Counted from the stretch's first letter, positions 43,583-53,514 are shown. The stretch is 64,000 nucleotides of DNA from Ignavibacteriota bacterium (GCA_963727825.1 CAVSHO010000007.1:128001-192000), one strand, 5' to 3'. The notes: generated by a model not told the origin, from the letters alone. Program-made: numbers and translations.

Positions 43583-44602
43583 ATGGGTAAAGATTTAACA
43601 ACTTCGAAGATAGACCGGCAAAATATACTGAATAATCCGTATGCTATCGAAGAAGTCAGAATAGCGACCGGAATCTCAGGGATCGTGTTCGAAGGAGAGT
43701 TTAAGTTCTTGAAGGATCAGCTTGCCAAATTCTTTGAAGTTGAACCCAGGACTATTGATAGATATATAGAAAACCAATCGGAAGAACTATCAACAAACGG
43801 ATATGAAGTCTTACGCGGTAACCGATTGAAGGAATTCAAGTTAGCACTGAAATCGGGGGATGTTAACGACATGAATGTCGTTAACAAGGCGCCACAAGTT
43901 GGAGTCTTTAACTTCCGTGCATTCTTAGACTTAGCGATGCTTTTAACCGAAAGTGATCGGGCAAAATCCCTTCGAAGCGTCATTTTGGACATTGTCATAG
44001 ATACGGTCAATAAAAAGACCGGTGGGGGGACCAAATATATCAATCAAAGAGATGAGGACTTTGTCGTCAATTTTCTTCGGGGAGAAGATTATCGCAAAGA
44101 ATTTACCGATGCTTTGCGCGATTATGTTGATATGGGGAAAGCAAAATATCCAATTTATACTGATAAGATCTATAAAAGTATATTTAAAGAAAACTCTCAG
44201 GATTACCGGCAAATTCTGAAGCTTCATAGCAAAGAAAATGTCCGTGAAACAATGTACGCAGAAGTATTACTGCTTATCTCTAGTTTCGAAGTTGGTTTTG
44301 CCGATGTTTTAAGAAAAGAATTTGAAAAATTAAATCGAAAATTAACACCTATCGAAGTGGATAAACTTTTCGCTGATTTTGAATCACAACGTCTTTGGCT
44401 TCCACAGATACAAGATGCCCGGACAAAAATGGCCAGCCGTGATCTTGGATTTAGAGAAGCATTGCATATCCGCCTGAAAGAATACATTAATGCTATTCCA
44501 CCTACAGATTTTGAGAGGTTTCTTGGAGAAAAGAGCAAGGATCTTTCTGCCAGATTGGAGGAAATGTCCGAGGTATTCAAACGCCTGAAAGACAGACAAT
44601 GA
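43583..44602 (+). CDS. Putative DNA-binding protein, partner of Doc toxin
   Basis: HTH-like DQLAKFFEVEPRTIDRY; overlaps the Doc start (ATGA). Confidence 0.65.
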   Translation: MGKDLTTSKIDRQNILNNPYAIEEVRIATGISGIVFEGEFKFLKDQLAKFFEVEPRTIDRYIENQSEELSTNGYEVLRGNRLKEFKLALKSGDVNDMNVVNKAPQVGVFNFRAFLDLAMLLTESDRAKSLRSVILDIVIDTVNKKTGGGTKYINQRDEDFVVNFLRGEDYRKEFTDALRDYVDMGKAKYPIYTDKIYKSIFKENSQDYRQILKLHSKENVRETMYAEVLLLISSFEVGFADVLRKEFEKLNRKLTPIEVDKLFADFESQRLWLPQIQDARTKMASRDLGFREALHIRLKEYINAIPPTDFERFLGEKSKDLSARLEEMSEVFKRLKDRQ

Positions 44603-45045
44603 ATGTTGTTTACATCGATATTGATCAGGCGATTGAAACGCATCGATTAACCGTCCAAGTAAGTGGCGGCGGTCTATTATCAGTTATTGATGCCGGTAAA
44701 TTGGAAAGTGTTCTCGCACATATTCAAAACGATGACTACTATCCCTCTTTTGTTGATAAATTGACTCACTTAGTTTTTTCGGCCAACAAATTCCATTGTT
44801 TTTCTGATGGAAATAAAAGAATAGCTATCTCGCTTGGTGCTCAGTTTCTTCTTTTAAACGGCTATGTATTTATCGCACGCCGGTTTATTCAAGAAATGGA
44901 AAATATCAGTTATCACGTAGCAGCAGGAAAGATTGATAAAGATTTTCTCAAGGAAATAATCACTTCCATCATTTATGAACCGGACTATCCAGAAGATCTA
45001 AAATTAAAAATATACGATGCGATAAAAGACGATGTAAATCCTTAG
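44599..45045 (+). CDS. Fic/Doc (death-on-curing) family toxin
   Basis: HCFSDGNKR motif. Confidence 0.88.
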   Translation: MNVVYIDIDQAIETHRLTVQVSGGGLLSVIDAGKLESVLAHIQNDDYYPSFVDKLTHLVFSANKFHCFSDGNKRIAISLGAQFLLLNGYVFIARRFIQEMENISYHVAAGKIDKDFLKEIITSIIYEPDYPEDLKLKIYDAIKDDVNP

Positions 45046-45056
45046 GAGAAGATCAA

Positions 45057-45242
45057 TTGGAAGAAGAAAAGAAAGAGATTCAACCCACCATCGGCGAATA
45101 TCAGGGCAAGCCGATCATACGCATCCCAACCGTAGATAATCCGAATCCAGAGACCACATGGCATTGGATGTCGTTTGGAAAGAACAAAGCGAAAGCGATT
45201 GTTAAATATTTCGAGGCAATCAAAAAGTTTGCATATGAATAA
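45057..45242 (+). CDS. Small hypothetical protein (possibly PC4-like fold)
   Basis: SD AGGAG; EYQGKPII...SFGKNKAKAIV. Confidence 0.55.
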   Translation: MEEEKKEIQPTIGEYQGKPIIRIPTVDNPNPETTWHWMSFGKNKAKAIVKYFEAIKKFAYE

Positions 45243-45343
45243 TCACCCACTCCACCTATACCATCATATCCCGCATCAACAACGGCGAGTTGTTATAGAT
45301 GAATTGTGGCTGTCGAAAAGATAGATATATGAAAGGAAAAACT

Positions 45344-46174
45344 ATGAAGAAGAAAATATTTATCGGCATCGGAATAGCAGTGCTTGTCGTACTCATAAGC
45401 GCAGTTATCATATTCTATCCTATGATCCGCTTTATGACACAGAAAGAAATTATCCAGATCGATCCAAACCTGACTTTGGTTATGGGTGGTGGCGGCAACA
45501 GCGGCATTGTCTTAGGCGATAGCGCTGTTGTTGTTATCGATACAAAGATGATGAGTCCTTCTGAAGACCTATACAAACTTGCAAAGGAAAAGGCGGGTCA
45601 GAAACCTATTATCGTAATCAACACACATTATCATAAAGATCACGTAAGTGGAAATAAGTTCTATAAGGGAAGCAGAATCTATATCGGGAGTTATGAAAAA
45701 GATTTTATCCAGAAAAATGTTGATGCAGAGAATCAACCAACAGATTTTGTGAAGGACAGTCTATTGATTGATCTTGGCAATGAGAAAGTGCATCTGTATA
45801 ACATTGGCCAGGGTCATACGATGAATGATCTTGTAGTCTATCTATCAAACCATCGTATCTTGTTCACCGGAGATTTAGTTTTCAATCGAATTAATCCTGT
45901 ATTAAAGAAAGAGAGCGGGGCAAATGTACTTCGTTGGATAGGTTTATTGGATACAATTTTAAATCGCTGGGGAGATAGTAAAATTGTTCCTGGGCACGGT
46001 CAGGTGGGTAATAAAGAAATAGTGGCTTCTATGCGCCAATATTTTGTTGATATGATAGCCGCTGTAACAGACCCGAGTAAAATGGACAAATATAAAGATT
46101 GGATGACTATGCCGAATATGGCATCGCCGGAAAAGACGATCGAGTATATAAAGGGCTCTGAAATAAAAAAATGA
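45344..46174 (+). CDS. MBL-fold metallo-hydrolase with N-terminal anchor
   Basis: NTHYHKDH, GHT, FTGD, PGHG. Confidence 0.9.
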   Translation: MKKKIFIGIGIAVLVVLISAVIIFYPMIRFMTQKEIIQIDPNLTLVMGGGGNSGIVLGDSAVVVIDTKMMSPSEDLYKLAKEKAGQKPIIVINTHYHKDHVSGNKFYKGSRIYIGSYEKDFIQKNVDAENQPTDFVKDSLLIDLGNEKVHLYNIGQGHTMNDLVVYLSNHRILFTGDLVFNRINPVLKKESGANVLRWIGLLDTILNRWGDSKIVPGHGQVGNKEIVASMRQYFVDMIAAVTDPSKMDKYKDWMTMPNMASPEKTIEYIKGSEIKK

Positions 46175-46222
46175 AAAACAATTATTGCCAGTTTAAAATC
46201 AAATACATTTAATAGTAAAGAG

Positions 46223-48391
46223 GTGTTTATGCAATACTATAAGAACTTACCAATTGGCCAATTTATTGTCCTCGTTAGTTTATCGATTATCTTAATCTCA
46301 GGGTGTTCAAGATCGAAGCTTGTATATCCAGTTACAGAACGGAAACCCGTGACAGACGATTACTATGGCACAAAGGTTGTAGACGAATATCGCTGGCTTG
46401 ACAATCTCAGCGATCTGGCAGTTCGGCAATGGAACAATGAACAAAACGCTTTCAGCCGAAAACACTTCGATAATATCCCGGCGCTTCCCCTCATTCGAGA
46501 ACGATTAAAGCAGCTGTACAGTATCCAATCCGTGGATTATAGTTCTCTGGTTATGTGCAAAAAACTCTTTGCACTGAAATTTCAACCGTCGAAGGATCAA
46601 CCATTTATCGTGGTTTTCGATTCGCCGGAAAACCTCCAATCGGAAAAAGTGGTCGTTGATCCGAACGAACTCAATCCAAAAGGGACAACAGCTATTGATT
46701 GGTTTGTTCCATCGCTTGATGGCAGTATGATCGCAGTGTCGCTTTCGGAGAATGGAAGCGAGAACGGATCAGTGCATGTGTTTGAGGTGGCAACAGGCAA
46801 AGAGATAGCGGAGGTTATTCCGCGTGTCCAATATCCCACGGGCGGCGGAAGTCTGGCATGGAACAAAGACGGAACAGGATTCTTTTACACGCGATACCCG
46901 CATGGGAATGAACGCCCCGCGGAAGATATGAACTTCTACCAGCAAGTGTATTATCACAAGCTGGGGACTCCAGTATCGAAAGATGCTTATGTCATCGGTA
47001 AAGAGTTCCCGCGGATTGCCGAGGTCGCTCTTTTCTCGAGCAAAGATGGGAGGTACATTCTGGCGCAGGTTGCAAACGGAGACGGTGGCGAATTTGCGCA
47101 CTTTCTGATGAAACCCGGCGGAAAGTGGGTGCAGATCACACAATTCTCCGATAAAGTTACTACTGGCGTTTTTGGCAAAGAGATGCTCTATCTTCTTTCA
47201 CACCAGAATGCTCCTAAAGGAAAAATTCTTGCTCTCCCGCTTGCGAGCCCGCAGTTTCAGGAGGCGAAGGTGATTGTGCCGGAGAGCGACGTCTCTATCT
47301 CAAATGTTGCCGCCGGAGAGAAGAACATCTGCATCGTCGATATGAATGGAGGACCTTCGCAAATCCGAATTGTCAACATCGCTGACAAAACAGTGAAACC
47401 TGTACCGATTCAATCGATCTCTTCCGTGAACGAAGTTGTCCTCCTGGATCATGATGAATTGTTGTTTCTTATTGAAACGTATCTTACTCCTCCTCTCTGG
47501 TACCGGTACAGTCCGGTCAGTCAAGCAGTGGCGAAGGTTTCCCTCAATCCGGCATCACCTGACGTATTTGGTGATATAGAGGTAGTACGGGAGTATGCGG
47601 TCTCGAAAGACGGAACGAAGATTCCCGTAAACATTCTCCGTCGGAGAGGAATAGAACTGAACGGCAAGAATCCAACCATTCTTTACGGATACGGCGGGTA
47701 CGCACTTTCCGAAACTCCGAGTTTCCGGATACGGCGATTGGTCTGGTTAGAGCAAGGCGGTGTCTATGTGATCGCAAATTTACGCGGCGGAGGAGAATAC
47801 GGCGAGGAGTGGCACAATCAAGGCAGACTAACAAAAAAACAAAATGTATTCGACGACTTTATTGCATGCGCGGAATTTCTGATTAATGCGAAATACACAA
47901 GCCCATCGAATCTGGCAATCGAGGGCGGGAGTAATGGAGGGCTGCTGATGGGAGCCGTACTCACGCAGCGTCCGGAACTTTTTAGGGCAGTTGTCAGCAG
48001 TGTTGGCATCTATGATATGCTGCGTGTGGAGCTCTTTCCAAACGGTGCATTTAATGTTACCGAGTACGGAACGGTAAAAGATCCGGAACAATTCAAAGCG
48101 CTCTATGCCTATTCTCCTTACCATCACGTTGTTGACGGCACGTCATATCCTGCCGTGCTTTTTATGACGGGCGACAATGATGGACGTGTCGATCCTGCAA
48201 ATTCACGAAAGATGATGGCGCGTCTTCAAGCAGCATCGAGCTCGCAGTATCCGCTTCTGTTACGGACAGATTCTAATGTGGGTCATGGAATCGGAACGGG
48301 ATTAAGTACACGGGTTGTTCAAAATGCAGATATGTATGCATTTCTCTTTGAGCAATTGGGAGTAACATATAAGAATGTGAGCGGGAAGTAA
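46223..48391 (+). CDS. Prolyl oligopeptidase (S9A), probable lipoprotein
   Basis: DEYRWLD, ANLRGGGEYG, GGSNGGLL, DGRV, GHG; lipobox-like ISGC. Confidence 0.95.
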   Translation: MFMQYYKNLPIGQFIVLVSLSIILISGCSRSKLVYPVTERKPVTDDYYGTKVVDEYRWLDNLSDLAVRQWNNEQNAFSRKHFDNIPALPLIRERLKQLYSIQSVDYSSLVMCKKLFALKFQPSKDQPFIVVFDSPENLQSEKVVVDPNELNPKGTTAIDWFVPSLDGSMIAVSLSENGSENGSVHVFEVATGKEIAEVIPRVQYPTGGGSLAWNKDGTGFFYTRYPHGNERPAEDMNFYQQVYYHKLGTPVSKDAYVIGKEFPRIAEVALFSSKDGRYILAQVANGDGGEFAHFLMKPGGKWVQITQFSDKVTTGVFGKEMLYLLSHQNAPKGKILALPLASPQFQEAKVIVPESDVSISNVAAGEKNICIVDMNGGPSQIRIVNIADKTVKPVPIQSISSVNEVVLLDHDELLFLIETYLTPPLWYRYSPVSQAVAKVSLNPASPDVFGDIEVVREYAVSKDGTKIPVNILRRRGIELNGKNPTILYGYGGYALSETPSFRIRRLVWLEQGGVYVIANLRGGGEYGEEWHNQGRLTKKQNVFDDFIACAEFLINAKYTSPSNLAIEGGSNGGLLMGAVLTQRPELFRAVVSSVGIYDMLRVELFPNGAFNVTEYGTVKDPEQFKALYAYSPYHHVVDGTSYPAVLFMTGDNDGRVDPANSRKMMARLQAASSSQYPLLLRTDSNVGHGIGTGLSTRVVQNADMYAFLFEQLGVTYKNVSGK

Positions 48392-48437
48392 GCGTTTAAT
48401 GGAAAATGCCGATTAGTATGAAACGAAAAAACAACTC

Positions 48438-48520
48438 AACCCGCATGTCCTGCAAAGGACATGCGGGTTCTGAGCCAAAGGCTCATGCGCCTCTAGCGCA
48501 GAGTTCCACTCTCGGCACAA
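48438..48520 (+). pseudogene. 3' tRNA-Leu remnant (attR-like) with a 30-bp double-hairpin insertion in the T-loop
   Basis: TGTCCTGCAAAGGACATGCGGGTTC[TGAGCCAAAGGCTCATGCGCCTCTAGCGCA]GAGTTCCACTCTCGGCACAA versus tRNA TGTCCTGCAAAGGGCGTGCGGGTTC-GAGTCCCGCTCTCGGCACAA. Confidence 0.85.
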
Positions 48521-48617
48521 TTTACAAAGATCAAATGTCACATCTGCTTACATTATTAAATTAGATCATGTATTTATTCCTTACCTTATATTGCTTTAAT
48601 CACTAAAAGGAATATCA

Positions 48618-49118
48618 ATGAAAACCTCGTTTCTTTTCTTACTTGTTCTAATACTACTTTTCGGTTCATCATCTGCAAAACAACTTGCTGATTCCACAAG
48701 ATTAACTTCTGAACAAAACCAGAAGTTTGATCCGGCACGCGATGCAAAGAAAGATATTCAAGCTGCCATAAGTCGGGCGCAAAAATCTAACAAACGCATA
48801 CTTCTTGATGTTGGCGGTGAATGGTGCATCTGGTGCCACCGCCTCGATAGTCTGTTTCTTCAAAACAAAGATCTTGCAGAGTATTTGAACAAGCATTATG
48901 TTGTCATTAAGATTAATGTGAGCAAAGAGAATATGAATCAGGAATTTCTATCAAAATATCCTAAGGTAGCTGGGTATCCACACCTCTTTGTATTAGATAG
49001 AAACGGTAAATTGCTGCATTCACAAGATACAGGGGAATTAGAGTATCCTAAAAATTATCCTATCAAAGGGCACGATAAGAAAAAAGTATTTAACTTCTTA
49101 AAAAAGTGGGCAAAGTAA
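48618..49118 (+). CDS. Exported thioredoxin family protein
   Basis: Signal peptide; WCIWC; GYP. Confidence 0.88.
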   Translation: MKTSFLFLLVLILLFGSSSAKQLADSTRLTSEQNQKFDPARDAKKDIQAAISRAQKSNKRILLDVGGEWCIWCHRLDSLFLQNKDLAEYLNKHYVVIKINVSKENMNQEFLSKYPKVAGYPHLFVLDRNGKLLHSQDTGELEYPKNYPIKGHDKKKVFNFLKKWAK

Positions 49119-49141
49119 GTTTTAATCTTTGCGAGGCATAT

Positions 49142-49372
49142 ATGACATCGGTCGAACAGCGCAAGATGGTTCAGAAACTAAAGTCAATTGTTATGAAGAT
49201 GAGTGTCGATGAAAGGCAGGCGTTTGAGATGATGGCAAAACGAGACCGCGACGATGAAGAACTTGATTCGCTATCAATGACGAAGTTGAAACAACTGCAC
49301 ATAAAGTTTTTTCCGAAGCACTCAAAACAAGATCTCGAAGATGCTTGGAATAAGCTATCAAAAGGGAAATAA
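49142..49372 (+). CDS. Hypothetical protein
   Basis: SD GAGG, charged helical ORF in operon context. Confidence 0.6.
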   Translation: MTSVEQRKMVQKLKSIVMKMSVDERQAFEMMAKRDRDDEELDSLSMTKLKQLHIKFFPKHSKQDLEDAWNKLSKGK

Positions 49373-49386
49373 TCAGGGAAAAACAC

Positions 49387-50358
49387 ATGGAATATAGAGC
49401 TTTTGGAAAAACAGGAATAACTATTTCAGAAATTGGCTATGGAGCATGGGGAATTGGCGGTGCAATGTGGCAGGACTCGAAAGATGATGAATCACTTCGT
49501 GCGTTACATCGCGCAATTGATCTTGGTTTGAATTTTATCGACACGGCATTAGTGTATGGCAATGGGCATTCTGAGAATTTGGTCGGAAAGGTGATCAAAG
49601 AACGGAAGGAGCGATTATTTGTTACGTCGAAAATCCCGCCGAAAAACCTCAAATGGCCTGCTCAGCCTGGAACAGCTTTGCGAGATACTTTTCCTTTTGA
49701 TCATATCATCAAATGCACAGAAATGAGTTTGAAAAACCTTGGCGTTGATACGATTGATGTGCAGCAATTCCACGTGTGGGATGATTCTTGGGCAGCAGAA
49801 ACCGAGTGGCAGGATGCAGTTGCCAAATTAAAAGAACAAGGAAAAATACGTTTCTTCGGAATGTCTCTTAATAATCACGAGCCGGATAATGCCCTGAAAG
49901 TGGCTGCAACCGGACTAGTTGATTCATTTCAGGTTATCTATAATATTTATGATCAGACGCCGGAGAAAAACCTCTTTCCACTATGCCAAAAGAATAATAT
50001 CGGCATCATTGTGCGTGTGCCGTTAGATGAAGGCGGATTGTCAGGAAATATTACTGTGGACACAAAATTTCCCGCAGGCGATTTCCGTAACACTTATTTT
50101 CGAGACAATCGGAAACAACAAGTTGTCGAGCATGCTGATGCACTCAAGAAACTTCTCGGTAAGGAAGCTGCAAAATTACCCGAGCTTGCTCTAAGATTTT
50201 GTTTACACCATCCCGCAGTTTCTACTGCTATTCCGGGGATGCGCAGCATTTCTAATGTTGAAGCGAATTGCGCGCTTTCTGATGGAAGAAAATTAAGTGA
50301 ATCTCTCATTGCTGAATTGCATAATCATAAATGGGAACGAGATTTTTATCAAGGATGA
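49387..50358 (+). CDS. Aldo/keto reductase
   Basis: SEIGYGAWGIGG, DTALVYGNGHSE, QVIYN. Confidence 0.93.
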   Translation: MEYRAFGKTGITISEIGYGAWGIGGAMWQDSKDDESLRALHRAIDLGLNFIDTALVYGNGHSENLVGKVIKERKERLFVTSKIPPKNLKWPAQPGTALRDTFPFDHIIKCTEMSLKNLGVDTIDVQQFHVWDDSWAAETEWQDAVAKLKEQGKIRFFGMSLNNHEPDNALKVAATGLVDSFQVIYNIYDQTPEKNLFPLCQKNNIGIIVRVPLDEGGLSGNITVDTKFPAGDFRNTYFRDNRKQQVVEHADALKKLLGKEAAKLPELALRFCLHHPAVSTAIPGMRSISNVEANCALSDGRKLSESLIAELHNHKWERDFYQG

Positions 50359-50431
50359 TCTATGTAATTTCTGGGATTACATGGAAAACTTAATGTAAAG
50401 CAATCTGCTCACTATTTCTTAATATAATAAG

Positions 50432-50956
50432 ATGGAGTCAGCGATGAAAATCTTCCCATTGTTCTTATTGTTAATATTAGTATCCTGCGTCTCGGATAAA
50501 AAGAAGACAACTGATGCTATGTCTGGAGACGTTGCAATGATTGAGCGTGAGATTGCTGATTTTCACCAAGCACTCAAACGAGCGTATAATGGTGCTTCCA
50601 TTAACACCGACAGCTTGATGGATAATTTCTTTGGGAGAGATGTGTATTATGTAACCTATTGGGGAATGACCGAACCAATCGATTCGACAAAATCGCGTTT
50701 ACGTCGTGCATTGCCCTTAATTAAAGATTATGATAACCGGATAGAAAACGTGAGCGTTAAAGTCTATGGCGATGGAGCCTATGCCTTTTTTATCTTGCGT
50801 CAGACATACACATTAAACGGTGTTCTCATGGATGAATACCTTCCAACGACATTTGTTTTTGAGCGTCGTGAGAATCGTTGGATAGTAGTGCATTCGCAGC
50901 GTTCAGCTGATTTTCAAACTATTCAACAGCTAATGAATGTGGCAAAACGACAATAA
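50432..50956 (+). CDS. NTF2/SnoaL-like lipoprotein
   Basis: Lipobox LVSC; VKVYGDGAY...TFVFERRENRWIVVHSQRS. Confidence 0.75.
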   Translation: MESAMKIFPLFLLLILVSCVSDKKKTTDAMSGDVAMIEREIADFHQALKRAYNGASINTDSLMDNFFGRDVYYVTYWGMTEPIDSTKSRLRRALPLIKDYDNRIENVSVKVYGDGAYAFFILRQTYTLNGVLMDEYLPTTFVFERRENRWIVVHSQRSADFQTIQQLMNVAKRQ

Positions 50957-51022
50957 AAGCGATTGGATAATAGAACAAATGGGAAGAAATGAATTGGTAT
51001 ACAGAAGTTGATTTTAAACGCA

Positions 51023-51053
51023 AAGCCCCTCCAATAATTAACTGAAGGGGCTT
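51023..51053. terminator. Hairpin between convergent genes
   Basis: AAGCCCCT...AGGGGCTT. Confidence 0.6.
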
Positions 51054-51077
51054 CGTAGTAAAAATATGTGTAGAGAT

Positions 51078-51272
51078 TTAAAGTTCTTCTGACGCTGCAC
51101 GTATAGTCCGGCGAATTGCTTTTGCCTGCTTCATACGCTTCTTGACCGAAGGTTTTGTGAAAAATGCACGTTTCTTCACTTCCTTTAGAATACCCGATCG
51201 TTCATATTTCTTTTTAAACCGGCGTAATGCACGATCTATAGGTTCATTCTCACCAATAATAATGCCGACCAA
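51078..51272 (-). CDS. rpsU: 30S ribosomal protein S21
   Basis: ENEPIDRALRRFKK...FTKPSVKKR; TTG start after GGAGGT. Confidence 0.95.
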   Translation of the reverse strand: MVGIIIGENEPIDRALRRFKKKYERSGILKEVKKRAFFTKPSVKKRMKQAKAIRRTIRAASEEL

Positions 51273-51304
51273 GAAATCACCTCCTTCACTCAAGATTACA
51301 TTTT

Positions 51305-51721
51305 TTATACAGCTTCGTTTTCAATTGCTTCTTCTACTATATTTTCCAATAATTTCCGCTCACCAAGTTTCTCGAACGCGACAATGATAGAATGAACTCC
51401 GTTCGACATTTTATCTTTTCCAATAACTCTTCCCATATCATCCAAATCCGAGTGATAAATCTGCTCGCCGATATTAAATATCTTATATTTGGAGTACGGA
51501 GTGCATTGTTCACGAATGAGAGCTGCGGCTTGAACCTTCTTCTTCGTTTGACTGGCAAGAGAAAGGGTCAACAGAGCTGTGTGTTTGCACTTGCCGCATC
51601 GGTACCACATTTTTACGGTCTCAGCGTCGTTATTCACATTCGGTTGATCGCCTACAAATTCCATTTTTGTTTCCCGCCGGCAGTATGCACATTGATGCAT
51701 GATGTATTTTGTTTTTGCCAT
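51305..51721 (-). CDS. Zn-ribbon + Tudor-like hypothetical protein
   Basis: CAYC...CGKC; FNIGEQIYH...GRV...IVAFEKLGERKL. Confidence 0.7.
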   Translation of the reverse strand: MAKTKYIMHQCAYCRRETKMEFVGDQPNVNNDAETVKMWYRCGKCKHTALLTLSLASQTKKKVQAAALIREQCTPYSKYKIFNIGEQIYHSDLDDMGRVIGKDKMSNGVHSIIVAFEKLGERKLLENIVEEAIENEAV

Positions 51722-51849
51722 ATTAATTCCCTATAAAATCTTTTCGGGGACTGTTTCAGATTGGCCGATTCAGCGTGAATGATATAGGAGTATGCCAACT
51801 GTTTTTAAAGGTACGTAAAAATGAATGGTAAGTCAAGCCGCTGGAAATT

Positions 51850-51877
51850 TTGACTTTTAGCCTTTTTTTGCTATACT
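51850..51877 (+). promoter_or_regulatory. Putative sigma70 promoter of the M23-bactofilin-atp region
   Basis: TTGACT-16 nt-TATACT. Confidence 0.55.
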
Positions 51878-51910
51878 TTATACTTGAATGAAACATATAT
51901 GAAGTAAAGG

Positions 51911-52810
51911 TTGAAGCTTTTGGCAGCAGAGAGTCAGCACCATAGTTCAAAAAAAAACCGTTTCACCATTGTTTTAGTGCCGGATGAAGATGCCAGTAAA
52001 GCAAAAAACTTTAGGTTAGCTCCTTGGCAGCTTATTACGGGATTAATAACATTCGCGATGATAGCAGTTGTGTTCGTACTGCTCATTCTAATTTATACTC
52101 CAGTGGGTGAGGTCTTCCCATTATCAAACCCATGGCTTGAGAATAAATATGGCAAAGAGTTAATTTCACTGAATCAGCGAATGACGAGTTTGATGGAAAA
52201 ACTTGTTGAGTTGCGAACCTACAACATCAAATTACGACGGGCGATGGGTGAAAACGTTTCAATTTCTGATTCTGGAATAGTGAAAACTATACCAAGAACT
52301 GCTGGTGTAGAAAAAAATAAGATCGACAGGGAAGAACAAGTGGCCGCGAAAGTTCAGCCATTAATGAGTCCGGAACAGGAGATGATTCCTTCCCGGTCAG
52401 CGAAGCTTGAGACAGATGCAAAAATTTCAGTTTCGTTTCCAGCGATCCTTCCAACAGAAGGATATGTGACGAGGGGATTTGAACCGGAACACAATCATTT
52501 CGGTTTGGATATTGCCGGGAAGACAGGAAATTTGATTGTTGCAGCGGCAGATGGAAATATAGTTTTTTCTGGTTGGACGTACGATGATGGTTATATCGTG
52601 ATTGTTTCTCATGCGAATGGTTTTTTGAGCTTTTACAAGCACAATCAATCGTTGCTGAAATCGTCAGGTTCGTTTGTGCGGCGTGGCGAACCGATTGCAA
52701 CACTCGGTAATTCTGGAACAACAAGTTCTGGTCCGCATCTGCATTTTGAGATTTGGAAAGACGGAGTTCCAGTGGATCCATCTATCTATTTGATTAATTT
52801 CTATTTCTAG
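51911..52810 (+). CDS. M23 family metallopeptidase
   Basis: HFGLD, YKH, SSGPHLHFE. Confidence 0.93.
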   Translation: MKLLAAESQHHSSKKNRFTIVLVPDEDASKAKNFRLAPWQLITGLITFAMIAVVFVLLILIYTPVGEVFPLSNPWLENKYGKELISLNQRMTSLMEKLVELRTYNIKLRRAMGENVSISDSGIVKTIPRTAGVEKNKIDREEQVAAKVQPLMSPEQEMIPSRSAKLETDAKISVSFPAILPTEGYVTRGFEPEHNHFGLDIAGKTGNLIVAAADGNIVFSGWTYDDGYIVIVSHANGFLSFYKHNQSLLKSSGSFVRRGEPIATLGNSGTTSSGPHLHFEIWKDGVPVDPSIYLINFYF

Positions 52811-52819
52811 AGGTGACAC

Positions 52820-53185
52820 GTGTCGACAAAATTTGATCCTGTAAAAGAGATGAATATCATTGGCGCTGGAACGGTTGTCGAAGGAAAAATTCGAAGCCAA
52901 GGAAATGTGCGCATCGATGGAAAATTGATTGGTGAGGTAACGGCGAGTGAATCGCTTTCAGTAGGCGTTGCCGGTGAAATTGAAGGAAATGTTACAGCAA
53001 AGAATGTCACCGTTGGTGGAAAAGTGCGCGGCACTATTAGTGCTTCAGAGAAAATTGTATTTGAAGGGAAATCGGTTGTCCGAGGCGATATAAGAGCCAC
53101 GCGTCTTGTTGTTGACGAAGGATCGATCTTTGATGGAAGAGTTTCAATGACTGAAAAAGTCCCGATATACGAAGTAAAACATTAG
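52820..53185 (+). CDS. Bactofilin (polymer-forming cytoskeletal protein)
   Basis: IIGAGTVVEGKI...VRIDG...GSIFDG beta-helix repeats. Confidence 0.92.
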   Translation: MSTKFDPVKEMNIIGAGTVVEGKIRSQGNVRIDGKLIGEVTASESLSVGVAGEIEGNVTAKNVTVGGKVRGTISASEKIVFEGKSVVRGDIRATRLVVDEGSIFDGRVSMTEKVPIYEVKH

Positions 53186-53217
53186 GTCGAAATGATTGTG
53201 GAGAACAGGGGCATAAA

Positions 53218-53514
53218 ATGAGCTCTGAACCTCCAAGCGATAGTGCGGAAAACAAAAAGAAAAAAAACGATATCCAAAGTACCTATAGAGAATACGGACA
53301 ATACCTCACTCTTGGATTTCAATTAGCAGCCGCAGTCGTTGTTTTCTTTTTCCTGGGTGATTGGATCGATAGGCGATACGGAATTGCTCCGATTGGAAAG
53401 TTGGTAGGAACATCGATAGGAATGGTTGGAGGATTTATTAAATTTTTTAAGTCCGTTGCATCGATGATAGCAGATGAAGACCGAGCGCGGAAAAGTAATA
53501 AGCATGAAGATTGA
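53218..53514 (+). CDS. AtpZ/AtpI family protein
   Basis: LGFQLAA...GDWIDRRYG; first gene of the atp cluster. Confidence 0.85.
   Translation: MSSEPPSDSAENKKKKNDIQSTYREYGQYLTLGFQLAAAVVVFFFLGDWIDRRYGIAPIGKLVGTSIGMVGGFIKFFKSVASMIADEDRARKSNKHED

Larger units (their letters stand above)
22339..48520. mobile_element. Probable genomic island at tRNA-Leu (about 26 kb), no intact integrase seen
   Basis: 3' half of tRNA-Leu duplicated at 48446-48520; accessory and defence cargo. Confidence 0.6.
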
